Of a DNA stretch of 23,873 nucleotides, positions 8,454 to 17,727 are shown piece after piece. A model generated the notes under the pieces. The model did no database searches. It was not told where the DNA came from and was given only the letters and a program-made list of their open reading frames with translations. The stretch lies in NCBI GenBank assembly GCA_041586955.1, contig JBFGZE010000049.1, positions 1 through 23,873 of the forward strand, in the 5' to 3' direction. The DNA comes from Bacteriovoracaceae bacterium (GTDB lineage Bacteria; Bdellovibrionota; Bacteriovoracia; Bacteriovoracales; Bacteriovoracaceae). Numbering within the stretch: the stretch's first letter is position 1; each line of letters begins with the position of its first letter. The translations under genes were made by a program, and so were the position numbers.

Positions 8454-9468
8454 GAGATAACCCTCCATCAGTGCCCAGACCACTATAAGCATTTTGCCTG
8501 AGAAAATGATCGGCGATCACTAATTTCACCATGGCCTCGGTCACCGGCACAGCACGAGGAACAATACAAGGATCATGGCGTCCCTCTAAAGCCTTTTTAC
8601 CAATAGTTGATGTGGGCTTAAAGGTCACTTGTAATTGAATAAGCTGGCCATTAGAAATACCGCCCTCCATCCCGCCAAAATTTTGCGAGTCCTTTGAAAC
8701 AATAGAACCAGGTAATTCGGCCATTTTCTCGCCTAGGCCGAAAGAAAAAGATACACATGCACCAATAGAGAGTAGCGCCTTACCTAGATCGGCCTTTAAT
8801 TTATCGAAGGCCGGTTCACCAAGTCCCGTAGGACAATTATCAATAATAATAGTCACCTGACCACCGATAGACTCCCCCTGCCCTTTTAGGCCAACAAGGT
8901 ATTTTTTAATTTCTTCATTGCGAGAAGTATCGGGAAAATTATAGGGAGAAAAATCACCGGACAAATCTTTGGGGACTTGATGACATTCAAATGGGCCCAT
9001 CTTAGAGATATAAGCGTTCACCTTAACGGTAGGAATGATAAGTGAAGCAAAATACCCTCCTATCACACGTGATAAAGTTTCACGGCCGGAGGATCGCCCT
9101 CCTCCACGATGGTCACGATGGCCATACTTTAACGCCGTTGTTTTATCAGCATGGCCAGGTCGGTACTCATCTTTGAGTTTATCGTAATCTCCACTCTTTT
9201 GGTTAGTATTACGGACAATGACGGCGATGGGAGTGCCTAATGTTTTCCCCTCAAACACGCCAGATAATACCTCGGCGGCGTCTCCCTCTTTACGAGTTGT
9301 GGTTCCCACCACTTTGCCAGGGGCCCGGCGGTCTAATTCCCTTTGTAAGTCAGCCAAATTGACCTCAAGCCCTGCGGGCATGCCATCAACAACAACGCCC
9401 AGCGCAATCCCATGGGACTCCCCAAAACTGGTAATGGATAAAATTTTGCCAAAAGTATTTCCCCGCAT
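8440..9468 (-). CDS. aroC: Chorismate synthase
   Basis: 'TSFGESHG', 'RPGHAD', 'GGGRSSGRET', 'GGISNG', 'GRHDPCIVPRA'. Confidence 0.97.
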   Translation of the reverse strand: MRGNTFGKILSITSFGESHGIALGVVVDGMPAGLEVNLADLQRELDRRAPGKVVGTTTRKEGDAAEVLSGVFEGKTLGTPIAVIVRNTNQKSGDYDKLKDEYRPGHADKTTALKYGHRDHRGGGRSSGRETLSRVIGGYFASLIIPTVKVNAYISKMGPFECHQVPKDLSGDFSPYNFPDTSRNEEIKKYLVGLKGQGESIGGQVTIIIDNCPTGLGEPAFDKLKADLGKALLSIGACVSFSFGLGEKMAELPGSIVSKDSQNFGGMEGGISNGQLIQLQVTFKPTSTIGKKALEGRHDPCIVPRAVPVTEAMVKLVIADHFLRQNAYSGLGTDGGLSLDSL

Positions 9469-9550
9469 GATTCAACCTTTTCCTTGGAAAGTGAGTGATA
9501 AATTATTATAACCATTACCAATTCTTCACACAAACTTTTACGAGGTCCTT

Positions 9551-10273
9551 GTGGCAATTAATGATTTTAGAAACCTAATCGAAATCCAATCCCTCCAAAA
9601 AGTCATCCTAGAGCACGAAAAACAAATCCAGGCCAATAATCATCGAATCACATACCTCAATAGCATGAAGGACAAAAGAGCACTTGAAAAAGAACAAACG
9701 CTTAATGACAAGGAACAACTAAAAAAGCAAATGAGTCAGTTAGAAAAAGAGCTTTTTCAAAAAGAAACGCTTATTGAAAAAAATAAGTCCCAATTGGCGA
9801 CGATTACTGATCAGCAAATTGCCGAAAATGTCCAAAGTTCGATTGATGAGCTTGAAACACAAACTAACCTTATGCAGGAAGAAATCCTCTCAATTCTCGA
9901 CCGAGAAGAAACCCTTGAGAGTAAAATAACAGAAATTACACAATTTTTTTCTTCTATTGATACCACCATTGCTGAAATCCAAGAAGAAGTGAATCATGAT
10001 AACCAGGCCGAAGAAAAAAAGATCGCAGGCCTTAATGAAAGAATTCACGGCCTAAAGTCAATTATTGAACCGCAATTTCTCAAGCAATATCATAATACCG
10101 CGAAAAGAATTCCCCCAGGAACAATTCTCAGTCAAATTCAAGGTGGTGCCTGTCAATATTGCCGCTTCAACGTTCCCACAATTATGATTAATCAAATTGA
10201 GTCTGGTGATCGCATGGAATTTTGTTCAAGCTGTGGTCGGATCCTTTGCCCCGTCAACGCTGTTCTTCGTTAA
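9551..10273 (+). CDS. Coiled-coil protein with C-terminal C4 zinc ribbon (DUF164; CT398/HP0958 family)
   Basis: GTG start after GAGG, long heptad-rich region, 'CQYC...CSSCGRIL'. Confidence 0.9.
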   Translation: MAINDFRNLIEIQSLQKVILEHEKQIQANNHRITYLNSMKDKRALEKEQTLNDKEQLKKQMSQLEKELFQKETLIEKNKSQLATITDQQIAENVQSSIDELETQTNLMQEEILSILDREETLESKITEITQFFSSIDTTIAEIQEEVNHDNQAEEKKIAGLNERIHGLKSIIEPQFLKQYHNTAKRIPPGTILSQIQGGACQYCRFNVPTIMINQIESGDRMEFCSSCGRILCPVNAVLR

Positions 10274-13200
10274 CTTCTTCTTAATGAAATTCTTTACCCT
10301 TTCCAGCACAATATAATTGCAAGGGATAAAAATTAAAGTCACCATTGAAGCAAATAAAAGACCCCAAGCAAAACTCATCGCCATGGGCTTAAGAAAAGGG
10401 TCAGAATCAACGGTGCGGCCAAAAGTTAAAAAACGCGTAATAATAGGATGGGCCACAGGTAATAATCCTGCAACTGTAGTAAATGTCGTCAAAATGACGG
10501 CGCGAAAGCGAGAAGCACTCGCCTCAATAACGGCCTCCGTTAAATCTTCAGTCTCTTTCTTTTTTATATTAATAAAATTCACTAATACGATCGAATCGTT
10601 GACCACAACTCCAACTAAGGCCACAACCCCCAGAAGGGCCATAAACCCCAATGATGTATTAAAAATAAAAAAGGTCCAAATGACTCCTATAAATCCCAAG
10701 GGAATCGCCATCATCACAACAATCGGATAAAGAAAACTAGAGAACATCAAGACCAAAATGAAAAAGATGCAAATCATGGCAAAGCCTCCAGACTTGGCCA
10801 ACCTCATCATGGACTCTTTAGTACTCTTATCCTCACCACCAAAAGCAAAATCAACTTGAGGATAATCTTTTAATAAAATGGGGAGTTCCTTTTTCATCAA
10901 TCGGACAACTTCATTGGACTTCGTAACACTTTTATTGAGAGTTCCCGAGACAGAAAAGATTCTTTTCCGGTCTTGCCGTCTAATAATAAAAGCTCCCGGC
11001 ACCTCTTTAAAAGTTGCGAGTCGCTCGATGGGAATCCGAAAGCCTCTTTGATTGCGCACCATCAATTTTTTAATAGAAGAGACTTGAGACCTAGCATGCT
11101 CGGCCAAGGTCATTTTTATTTCGATATCCTCATCAGATTTGCGAATCTCAGTCATAGAATCTGAGGACAAGGCCCGTCTTAACTCAAGAGCAATTTGCGA
11201 GGTAGATACACCAAAGCGGCTCGCTTCAGGCTGATTGACTTCGATTATGATCTGCTGCTTCCCCTCTTCAAAATCAATCTCGCCACTGGTGACTCCCTTA
11301 ACTTTTTGAAGCCTCAAAAGGACTAATTTGGAGGCCTGCTTCAAATCCTCTAAACTATCAGATGTTAACTCAATATCAATATCTTTGCCGCGAGGAGGCC
11401 CTCCCTGGATCTTTGTGACGGAGATATTATATTCGGGAATAGCGGCTTCCCCCTTTTTAATAATTTCCTTAACAATGGTATCAGTCGATCGCTCTCTTTC
11501 ATCTGGTGCCGTTAAATAAAGAACGAGTGAGCCGTAATGGCTCCCGAGCTTATTGCCATGCTCACCAATCAAGACACCCACTTGGGATTTGATTTGTTTT
11601 TTTTCATCTTTTCTCAATTCCTGCAGGGCGATTGTCTCAAGGCTCTTCATTGCGGTATCAGTCATTTTAAGAGAATTTCCCACCATTCCTTTAATTTGAA
11701 CAAAAACAACTCTTACATCATCGCCAGGGAATAATTCAAACTTCATATTTCTGGCCAGGCCAAGACTTCCGATTAGAAGGAGGCCAAAGGTTATCATTAT
11801 GGCCCAAGGGCAACGTAGGACTATTTTCAATGTCTTTTTATAAAGAATAATTAAGCGGTCATACCAATGCTTTTTATGATTTGAAACACGACAATATTCT
11901 GCCAAATGAGACGGTAAAATAACAAAGCATTCAAATAAGGAAGCGAGGAGACAAATTATCACCACAGCAGGCACAGGCCATAGAAAACGCCCCATAATAC
12001 CACCCATAAAAAATATCGCACCAAAGGCGACCATGGTGGTTAGTATAGTCGCTAATACCGGCCTTATTGTTTCATAGGCGGCATTACGAGCAGCTTCCTT
12101 AGGTTCTTCACCTGCCTCCATTTTACGATAAAAATGTTCCGCAACAATAATAGAATCATCAACCAGCATTCCGAGCACTAAAATGAGAGCAAACATTGAG
12201 ATTAAATTAAGGGTCATTCCCATCCAGTTCATGGCGACGAAGGCCACCATAAAGGCCATCGGGGCCCCAAGAGACGTCATAATGGAAGTGCGAATATTGA
12301 GGAAAAAAGTAAGACAGACAAAAACCAAGAGAAGCCCCATAATACCATTATCAGTTAAAATGGAAAGCCGCCGTTTAACATAATAAGAGGTGTCATCACT
12401 GACTTTATAGGTAATTCCAGCTGGTGCTGATTGAGCAAAAAAATTATCCACTTCAAGCTTTACCTTGTCAGAAGAATCTAAAATATCGGCCTTCTCCTTA
12501 ATTTTAATATCTAAAAAGATGGCCCTTTCCCCATCTGAGCGCTGAAGAACACTGCCTTCTTTGGGTAACATGATAACCCTCGCCACTTGGGAAACCTTAA
12601 CATTGGCGCCACTTTCATTTGAGCGAATCACTAAATTTTTAATTTCCTCAACACCTTGAAGCTCAGCGACAGTGCGGACAATAATGTCCCCTGATTCCAT
12701 TTCGAGCTTGCCAGAGGATAAATTAATATTCCGGGACTTCACTGTCTCATAGATATCACTGGGAGAGATGTCATAGGTCTTGAGCTTTTCAGGGTCGATT
12801 TGAATTTGAATTTCATCTTCTCGATAGCCTTCTAAATTGATTAGAGAGATTGCTGGAATCCTTTCCAAACGATCACGTAATTTTTTTGATGTTTCTCTCA
12901 ATTCAGAATAGCTACCACCAGTCAGGGCTATCTTCATGATACCCCTTTCTTTATTCGTTAAACTTTTAATACTGGGAGTATCGGCATCTTCAGGTAAGGT
13001 ATTGACGCTATCAATTGCACTTTTAGTGTCATCCAAGACTTCATCGATATCGGCATCAGCTTCAACTTCTAAATAGAGAATCGAGCGACCTTCAGCAGAG
13101 AGAGCATTTAACTTCTTGATGCCATCGACACCCTTAAGACTGCGCTCTAATTCAATGGTCACTAGTTTTTCTACGTCCTCGGCGGAAGACCCTGGATAGG

Positions 13201-13351
13201 TGGTTAGAACTAATATGACGTCAAATTCGACAGCTTGAAAAATTTCTTTCTGGAGACCGTAGACAGTGATACCACCTACTAAAAAAATCAGCGCCGTGAG
13301 TAAATTCACGATTAGTGTACGCTCAATGAAAAAATCAATAATTTTTTTCAT
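10226..13351 (-). CDS. RND efflux transporter permease (AcrB/AcrD/AcrF family)
   Basis: 1041 aa, 12-TM pattern, 'YPGSSAEDVEKLVT', TM4 'GMLVDDSIIVAE', TM10 'GVVVNDSIVLV', TM11 'RFRAVILTTFTT'. Confidence 0.96.
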   Translation of the reverse strand: MKKIIDFFIERTLIVNLLTALIFLVGGITVYGLQKEIFQAVEFDVILVLTTYPGSSAEDVEKLVTIELERSLKGVDGIKKLNALSAEGRSILYLEVEADADIDEVLDDTKSAIDSVNTLPEDADTPSIKSLTNKERGIMKIALTGGSYSELRETSKKLRDRLERIPAISLINLEGYREDEIQIQIDPEKLKTYDISPSDIYETVKSRNINLSSGKLEMESGDIIVRTVAELQGVEEIKNLVIRSNESGANVKVSQVARVIMLPKEGSVLQRSDGERAIFLDIKIKEKADILDSSDKVKLEVDNFFAQSAPAGITYKVSDDTSYYVKRRLSILTDNGIMGLLLVFVCLTFFLNIRTSIMTSLGAPMAFMVAFVAMNWMGMTLNLISMFALILVLGMLVDDSIIVAEHFYRKMEAGEEPKEAARNAAYETIRPVLATILTTMVAFGAIFFMGGIMGRFLWPVPAVVIICLLASLFECFVILPSHLAEYCRVSNHKKHWYDRLIILYKKTLKIVLRCPWAIMITFGLLLIGSLGLARNMKFELFPGDDVRVVFVQIKGMVGNSLKMTDTAMKSLETIALQELRKDEKKQIKSQVGVLIGEHGNKLGSHYGSLVLYLTAPDERERSTDTIVKEIIKKGEAAIPEYNISVTKIQGGPPRGKDIDIELTSDSLEDLKQASKLVLLRLQKVKGVTSGEIDFEEGKQQIIIEVNQPEASRFGVSTSQIALELRRALSSDSMTEIRKSDEDIEIKMTLAEHARSQVSSIKKLMVRNQRGFRIPIERLATFKEVPGAFIIRRQDRKRIFSVSGTLNKSVTKSNEVVRLMKKELPILLKDYPQVDFAFGGEDKSTKESMMRLAKSGGFAMICIFFILVLMFSSFLYPIVVMMAIPLGFIGVIWTFFIFNTSLGFMALLGVVALVGVVVNDSIVLVNFINIKKKETEDLTEAVIEASASRFRAVILTTFTTVAGLLPVAHPIITRFLTFGRTVDSDPFLKPMAMSFAWGLLFASMVTLIFIPCNYIVLERVKNFIKKKLTKNSVDGAKDPTTA

Positions 13352-13356
13352 ACGCC

Positions 13357-14763
13357 CTACTTAAGAAGGAAATTCTCCAAACTTCCGTAGAGAAAGTGTA
13401 GTTGATAAAAGATCTCATTACTATTAGAAATTAATTGAGCGAGACCTCGTTCAGTGTTAATAACTTCTTCTTCAGCGCGAATAACTTGGTCGAGGTCGGC
13501 CCGACCTTTGCGGTACAGCTTAGAATATTCATTTAATGAATTATTGGCGAGACGAACTCGCTTTTTATTTGATTGTAGGCGCTGATTAATTAAATATAAT
13601 TGTGACTTCAGAGCATTTTCATGCTCTATAATGGCCCGTTTTTTGGCCAGTAAGTTAAAAGTCGCAACATCTTGCGAAATCTTGGCCTTAGTGCGGGCAA
13701 CTCTCTCTAGCTTATTGCCAATATTCCATTTAACAGTAAGAGCAATAGTTTTCTCATCATTTGGTTGCCCCAAAATAGAATGACCAAAGGCATCGCCCTT
13801 AGACGCATCATAATCATTTGTCTTATAAGAAGTTGTTAAAGTCACTTCAGGAAGCATATTAAGCTTGGCCCTTTGCATCTCTATCATTTTCATTCTCTTA
13901 AGAATCTCCAATGAGCGTAAAGAATAATTGGCCTCAAGTGAACCCTCTGGCACCATCATCAACTCAAACTTCGCCAAATCAAACGGAGTAAACTCACTAG
14001 GCTCAACCTTACGATTTAAAAGTCCGCCCATTTGACTGCTAATAATTGCCAGTGTTTCATTGAATGAATTTTTTTGCTCTATTTGGCTCAATAAAAGTGA
14101 TTCAGCTTGATAGAGATCGGCCTTTTCCCGTAGACCATCTCTGACTCTCATTTTCACAAGTGCAAGGCGCTTTTTAGCACGCTTAATCACCTCTCCCTGT
14201 AATTCAAACAGAGTTTTATTGAGTTTACCTTTTAGGGCCAGCCCCAATAATTCCGATAGACCTTGTGACTTGGCCTCATTAAATCCCACTTGAGACAATT
14301 CACGACCATTTTCTAAAACTTCTAAATCTTTACGAAACCCTTTACCAAAAAAATCTTTTCCCAAACTTTGGCCATAAGATACTTCCTGAGAGGCAAAAGC
14401 AATCTCGCTCGCTGCTAGTTTGGCCTTTGAACGATTAATGCTCTGATTGAAACTTAAAGTCCCACCCCACTCAAAAGACTTTTGTAGAGTCAGGCCATAG
14501 CTATCAAATAAAGTAGGGTAAGAAGAGTAAGTCGAAGAGGACTCCAATTGAGAGTCAGTATAAGATACTGTACCGGACAAGGTCCAAGTTTTAGTATACT
14601 TTTTCGTTAATATATTGAGTTCTGCCGTTTCGACACTCTTTTGAGACTCAAATATTTTAGCGTTATTCTGAATATATTCCTGTGAAAAATCCTTGATCGT
14701 TTTGGCGTTTAGGGTAAACGGGCCTAATAAAGCTAAAAACAATAAATTCAATACGTTAAACAT
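13357..14763 (-). CDS. TolC-family outer membrane efflux protein
   Basis: Signal peptide and two OEP repeats ('RVRDGLREKADLYQAE', 'LYRKGRADLDQVIRAE'). Lies 5 nt upstream of the RND gene. Start placed at ATG 14763 after GAGGTG. Confidence 0.88.
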   Translation of the reverse strand: MFNVLNLLFLALLGPFTLNAKTIKDFSQEYIQNNAKIFESQKSVETAELNILTKKYTKTWTLSGTVSYTDSQLESSSTYSSYPTLFDSYGLTLQKSFEWGGTLSFNQSINRSKAKLAASEIAFASQEVSYGQSLGKDFFGKGFRKDLEVLENGRELSQVGFNEAKSQGLSELLGLALKGKLNKTLFELQGEVIKRAKKRLALVKMRVRDGLREKADLYQAESLLLSQIEQKNSFNETLAIISSQMGGLLNRKVEPSEFTPFDLAKFELMMVPEGSLEANYSLRSLEILKRMKMIEMQRAKLNMLPEVTLTTSYKTNDYDASKGDAFGHSILGQPNDEKTIALTVKWNIGNKLERVARTKAKISQDVATFNLLAKKRAIIEHENALKSQLYLINQRLQSNKKRVRLANNSLNEYSKLYRKGRADLDQVIRAEEEVINTERGLAQLISNSNEIFYQLHFLYGSLENFLLK

Positions 14764-14840
14764 AAGCACCTCACTCAACTTTACCTATCATGGCAGAAAT
14801 GGTTTGACTAATATCTTTAAAGTTCAATAAAAGGTATAAA

Positions 14841-15157
14841 AGATTGAGAGGTGGAGGTTGTCGCGAGCTTCGGCCCGAGGAAAGTCCGGACATTATATGG
14901 CAGCGTAGCGGGTAACTCCCGTCCACCGCGAGGTGAGGACAAGTGCAACAGAAAGTATGTACGCTCGTCATTGCTTAGGTAATGGCGAGGCAGTAGTGAA
15001 ACCAGGTAAACTCTGCGCGATGCAAGTCCAAATAGGCCTATGTTTGAGGGCGGCCAGTCCAAAATAGGCGGGTAGGACGCTTGAGCCCAGGAGCAATTCT
15101 GGGCCTAGATGAATGACAACCCTTGACAGGATCCGGCTTACACCGCCTTCTCAGTCT
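14841..15157 (+). ncRNA. rnpB: RNase P RNA (bacterial A-type, lacking P13/P14)
   Basis: Universal elements GAGGAAAGUCCGG (14877), AGUGCAACAGAAA, GUGAAA, GGUAAAC, GCAAG.CCAAAUAG, GCUUGAG...CCUAGAUGAAUG and ACAG.AUCCGGCUUA. P1 pairs 14841-14854 with 15143-15157 and is followed by a U-tract. Confidence 0.98.
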
Positions 15158-15201
15158 TTTTTTCTTTATTATATGTTAGGCATATAATTGTTTTGGCCGC
15201 A

Positions 15202-15426
15202 TTAAATAGTGGTTGAATCGAGGAGCTCTTGGGATGAGAAGACGGGTTCTCCCAGTCCGGCCTTCTCTAATTGCTGGGGGAAAAAATACTGTTCCTCATT
15301 AATATCCGAGAAGCTTTTGATACAAACCGGAATAACTTGGCAATCTGGCCGACTCCTGGCCTGAAGTTTTGCGTGAGTCGCTCCAACTGTCATTAAGACA
15401 CTCAATAAAAAGATTATTTTTTTCAT
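15202..15426 (-). CDS. Small secreted hypothetical protein (74 aa, 2 Cys)
   Basis: Strong SD GGAGGTG and signal peptide MKKIIFLLSVLMTVGATHA|. Confidence 0.7.
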   Translation of the reverse strand: MKKIIFLLSVLMTVGATHAKLQARSRPDCQVIPVCIKSFSDINEEQYFFPQQLEKAGLGEPVFSSQELLDSTTI

Positions 15427-15497
15427 TTATTAACACCTCCAAAAGTTAATTTAAGGATAGGTGCTTCGACGACTAAGGATGTCATCATCTTGTCAAT

Positions 15498-16103
15498 TTA
15501 CCGTAAATTTGAAAAGTCGATTTTAGAATCCACTCGATTTAAGTCTTTTTCACCATCTAAGGCCGACCAATCAATAGTTCTATCTCTTTTTTTTACCTCA
15601 CCACTTTCGTCAAGATTAGAGTAATTCTGATTACCTCTAGTGGTGATCGTTTTTTTCTTAGGCGTAAAATAAGTCGAGAGAATTTTTTGTCTTTTTGCTG
15701 TCTCAGGATCGATATCGACAACCTCTTCTTCCTTTTTATCAATTTCCTTCGCTAAAATTCCCAATTCACGACTTTCATCAGTTGTTAATTTAATCGGTGT
15801 CGCAATCTTTAAAACAAAGGCCATTTTAGCGACAATTTTAGACTCATCCACAGGGCGATAAATTGACCAAACAGAGCGTGAAGGAGAAATCTTTACAACT
15901 ACGGCGCGACCAAACATCCCTTCGGGCGTAGAAAATTTAGCATGATCACCTTTTACAAGTCCATGCTCCCGTCCCTTATTAACAAGGATGGTTCTTTTTG
16001 AATCTGATGTATCAAGAATACGCGCAAATAACTTTTCATCTAATTCTAAAGAATAAAGAGATGAAAAACTGATCAATAAGAATAAGCTACTTATTATTTT
16101 CAT
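15498..16103 (-). CDS. Exported hypothetical protein, small beta-barrel domain (FlgT-C-like pattern) plus charged tail
   Basis: Signal peptide and 'ILVNKGREHGLVKGD' pattern. Start overlaps the upstream stop (TAATG). Confidence 0.75.
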   Translation of the reverse strand: MKIISSLFLLISFSSLYSLELDEKLFARILDTSDSKRTILVNKGREHGLVKGDHAKFSTPEGMFGRAVVVKISPSRSVWSIYRPVDESKIVAKMAFVLKIATPIKLTTDESRELGILAKEIDKKEEEVVDIDPETAKRQKILSTYFTPKKKTITTRGNQNYSNLDESGEVKKRDRTIDWSALDGEKDLNRVDSKIDFSNLR

Positions 16104-16546
16104 TAGGGTCTATTTTTTATGGTCACGATTTTACCGGGATAACCAGTCACTTTAACTTTAACTGATTTATAAAGAGGGTTCCAATGACTTTCTTCAATCA
16201 CATATTGAGGTGAAACTAAAACCTCTGCATCACTAGTACGAATCGCATTATAAGCAGCAGCAGATTTTACTTTCTCCACTTTACTTAAAAATGACAGCCA
16301 ACCTTTCCCCTCGCCATTATAATTAATGCCTTCGGCATATTTATTATCACCATTGACATGCATTAGATGAAATAGGAAGCCACCTGAAGCATACCCTACT
16401 AGTTTTCTAGACATATCGACATCGATTTTGGCGCGCATAGGACTATCAATAGTAATGTCAACACCACTATTGAGATGGGACTTTTGGACGGAAGAACAGC
16501 TTATAAATGATAATGAAATTAGACATAGTACAATATAACGTGACAT
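16103..16546 (-). CDS. Putative lipoprotein, function unknown
   Basis: Lipobox-like 'LSFIS|C', GGAGG SD, 'AAAYNAI...DAEVLVSPQY...VKVTGYPG'. Confidence 0.8.
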   Translation of the reverse strand: MSRYIVLCLISLSFISCSSVQKSHLNSGVDITIDSPMRAKIDVDMSRKLVGYASGGFLFHLMHVNGDNKYAEGINYNGEGKGWLSFLSKVEKVKSAAAYNAIRTSDAEVLVSPQYVIEESHWNPLYKSVKVKVTGYPGKIVTIKNRP

Positions 16547-16677
16547 TGAAATCCTCCCTGATTCAATAAAATTTTGGAAGGCATGGCACTATAAGTCAAG
16601 TGCATTTAATTTTTTTAAGCTAATCTCCTCCATTTCAAGAGTAATCTCACCTATTGAAGAGTTTAAGTTAATATTTA

Positions 16678-17727
16678 TTATAGAAGCTTTACTTTCGTTA
16701 GAAGCTTCTTAGTTACAGAAGCATGGTTTAAATTATCTAAGTCAAGTGAGTAGAATCGATATTTTTTTCGATCAAAATTTTTGTTAAAAGTATTGGCATC
16801 CATTACTAAAATATAATTTTCAATTTTATATTTTGTAATGCTCGATTTAACGCAAGGAAGTTGATCAAAATCTATTCCCACCGGTGCTTGAGGATACTGC
16901 TTTAAGCTTTTATCTTCAGATTGAAGAATAAAGGATGGGACCTCAATTTGTCCTTGCAGCCATTCGCTTTCTTTCTTTTTAGCACCTAAGATTTTACCAC
17001 GACTGATAAGTATCACTCTCAATAGTTTTAAATCCAACATTTTAGAGGACTTCTTAACTTTAACATTCTCCTCTGGATAAGAATAAACCTTCCCTTCTTT
17101 AAAGGCCAAGCAAGACTTTTTCAAAGGACAGATCTCACAATCCGCCTTTCTCGCCTGACAAATAGTCCGCCCTAAATCCATCAAGGCCTCATTAGTATTT
17201 CGCGGCCCAAGTTGAGATAAGTTTTGAAGAAGCTCTTTATTTTGAAAAAGTGTTCTGATTTTTTTTTGTAGCTTTGGACCTTTCATTCCATCAATTAAAA
17301 AATGGCGCGCTAAAACCCTTTCTAAGTTAGCATCGACAGAGAGAAAAGGAAGATCCATACCAATGCTTAGGATAGCACTCGCCGTATAATCGCCAATACC
17401 GTCAATACTAATAAGGTCATTAAAATCTTGTGGTATGACACCCCCGAACCGTTGATCAATATCGATTGCGGCCTTCCGTAAATTTCGTGCCCTCCTATAA
17501 TAACCAAGACCTTTCCAAGCGATTGTCATCTCTTCTTCTGTCGATTTCGCCAATGAAGCGATATCAGGATATTTTTTTAAAAACCGCTCAAAGTGATTTA
17601 TCACGGTTCCCACAGTTGTTTGCTGCAACATAATTTCAGAGACAAGAGTGCTATATGGAGTTCTGTCAATTCTCCAAGGGAGATCGGGAAATTCTTGGAG
17701 AGACCATTTAATCATAGGTTTGAACAT
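16678..17727 (-). CDS. mutY: A/G-specific adenine glycosylase
   Basis: 'DLPWR', 'VSEIMLQQT', 'WKGLGYYRRARNL', HhH 'IDGIGDYTA', 'VDAN', [4Fe-4S] motif C-x6-C-x2-C-x5-C. Confidence 0.96.
   Translation of the reverse strand: MFKPMIKWSLQEFPDLPWRIDRTPYSTLVSEIMLQQTTVGTVINHFERFLKKYPDIASLAKSTEEEMTIAWKGLGYYRRARNLRKAAIDIDQRFGGVIPQDFNDLISIDGIGDYTASAILSIGMDLPFLSVDANLERVLARHFLIDGMKGPKLQKKIRTLFQNKELLQNLSQLGPRNTNEALMDLGRTICQARKADCEICPLKKSCLAFKEGKVYSYPEENVKVKKSSKMLDLKLLRVILISRGKILGAKKKESEWLQGQIEVPSFILQSEDKSLKQYPQAPVGIDFDQLPCVKSSITKYKIENYILVMDANTFNKNFDRKKYRFYSLDLDNLNHASVTKKLLTKVKLL

Noticed and set aside
7446..8492. Long aroC/aroB overlap (53 nt) implied by the ORF track
   Set aside because: An SD-supported TTG at 8453 reduces it to 14 nt, which is ordinary translational coupling.
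4860..12383. Short ORFs within rbgA, aroB, aroC and the RND gene, plus 9333..9557
   Set aside because: Antisense or alternate-frame shadows of conserved genes, with no motifs or SD support.
14804..14840. Sigma70 promoter for rnpB (TTGACT ... TATAAA)
   Set aside because: The spacing is 25 bp and there is no good -10 at 16-18 bp, so the promoter cannot be placed.
14771..15062. ORFs 14771..14971 (-) and 14817..15062 (-)
   Set aside because: They are antisense shadows of the RNase P RNA gene with no protein-like features.
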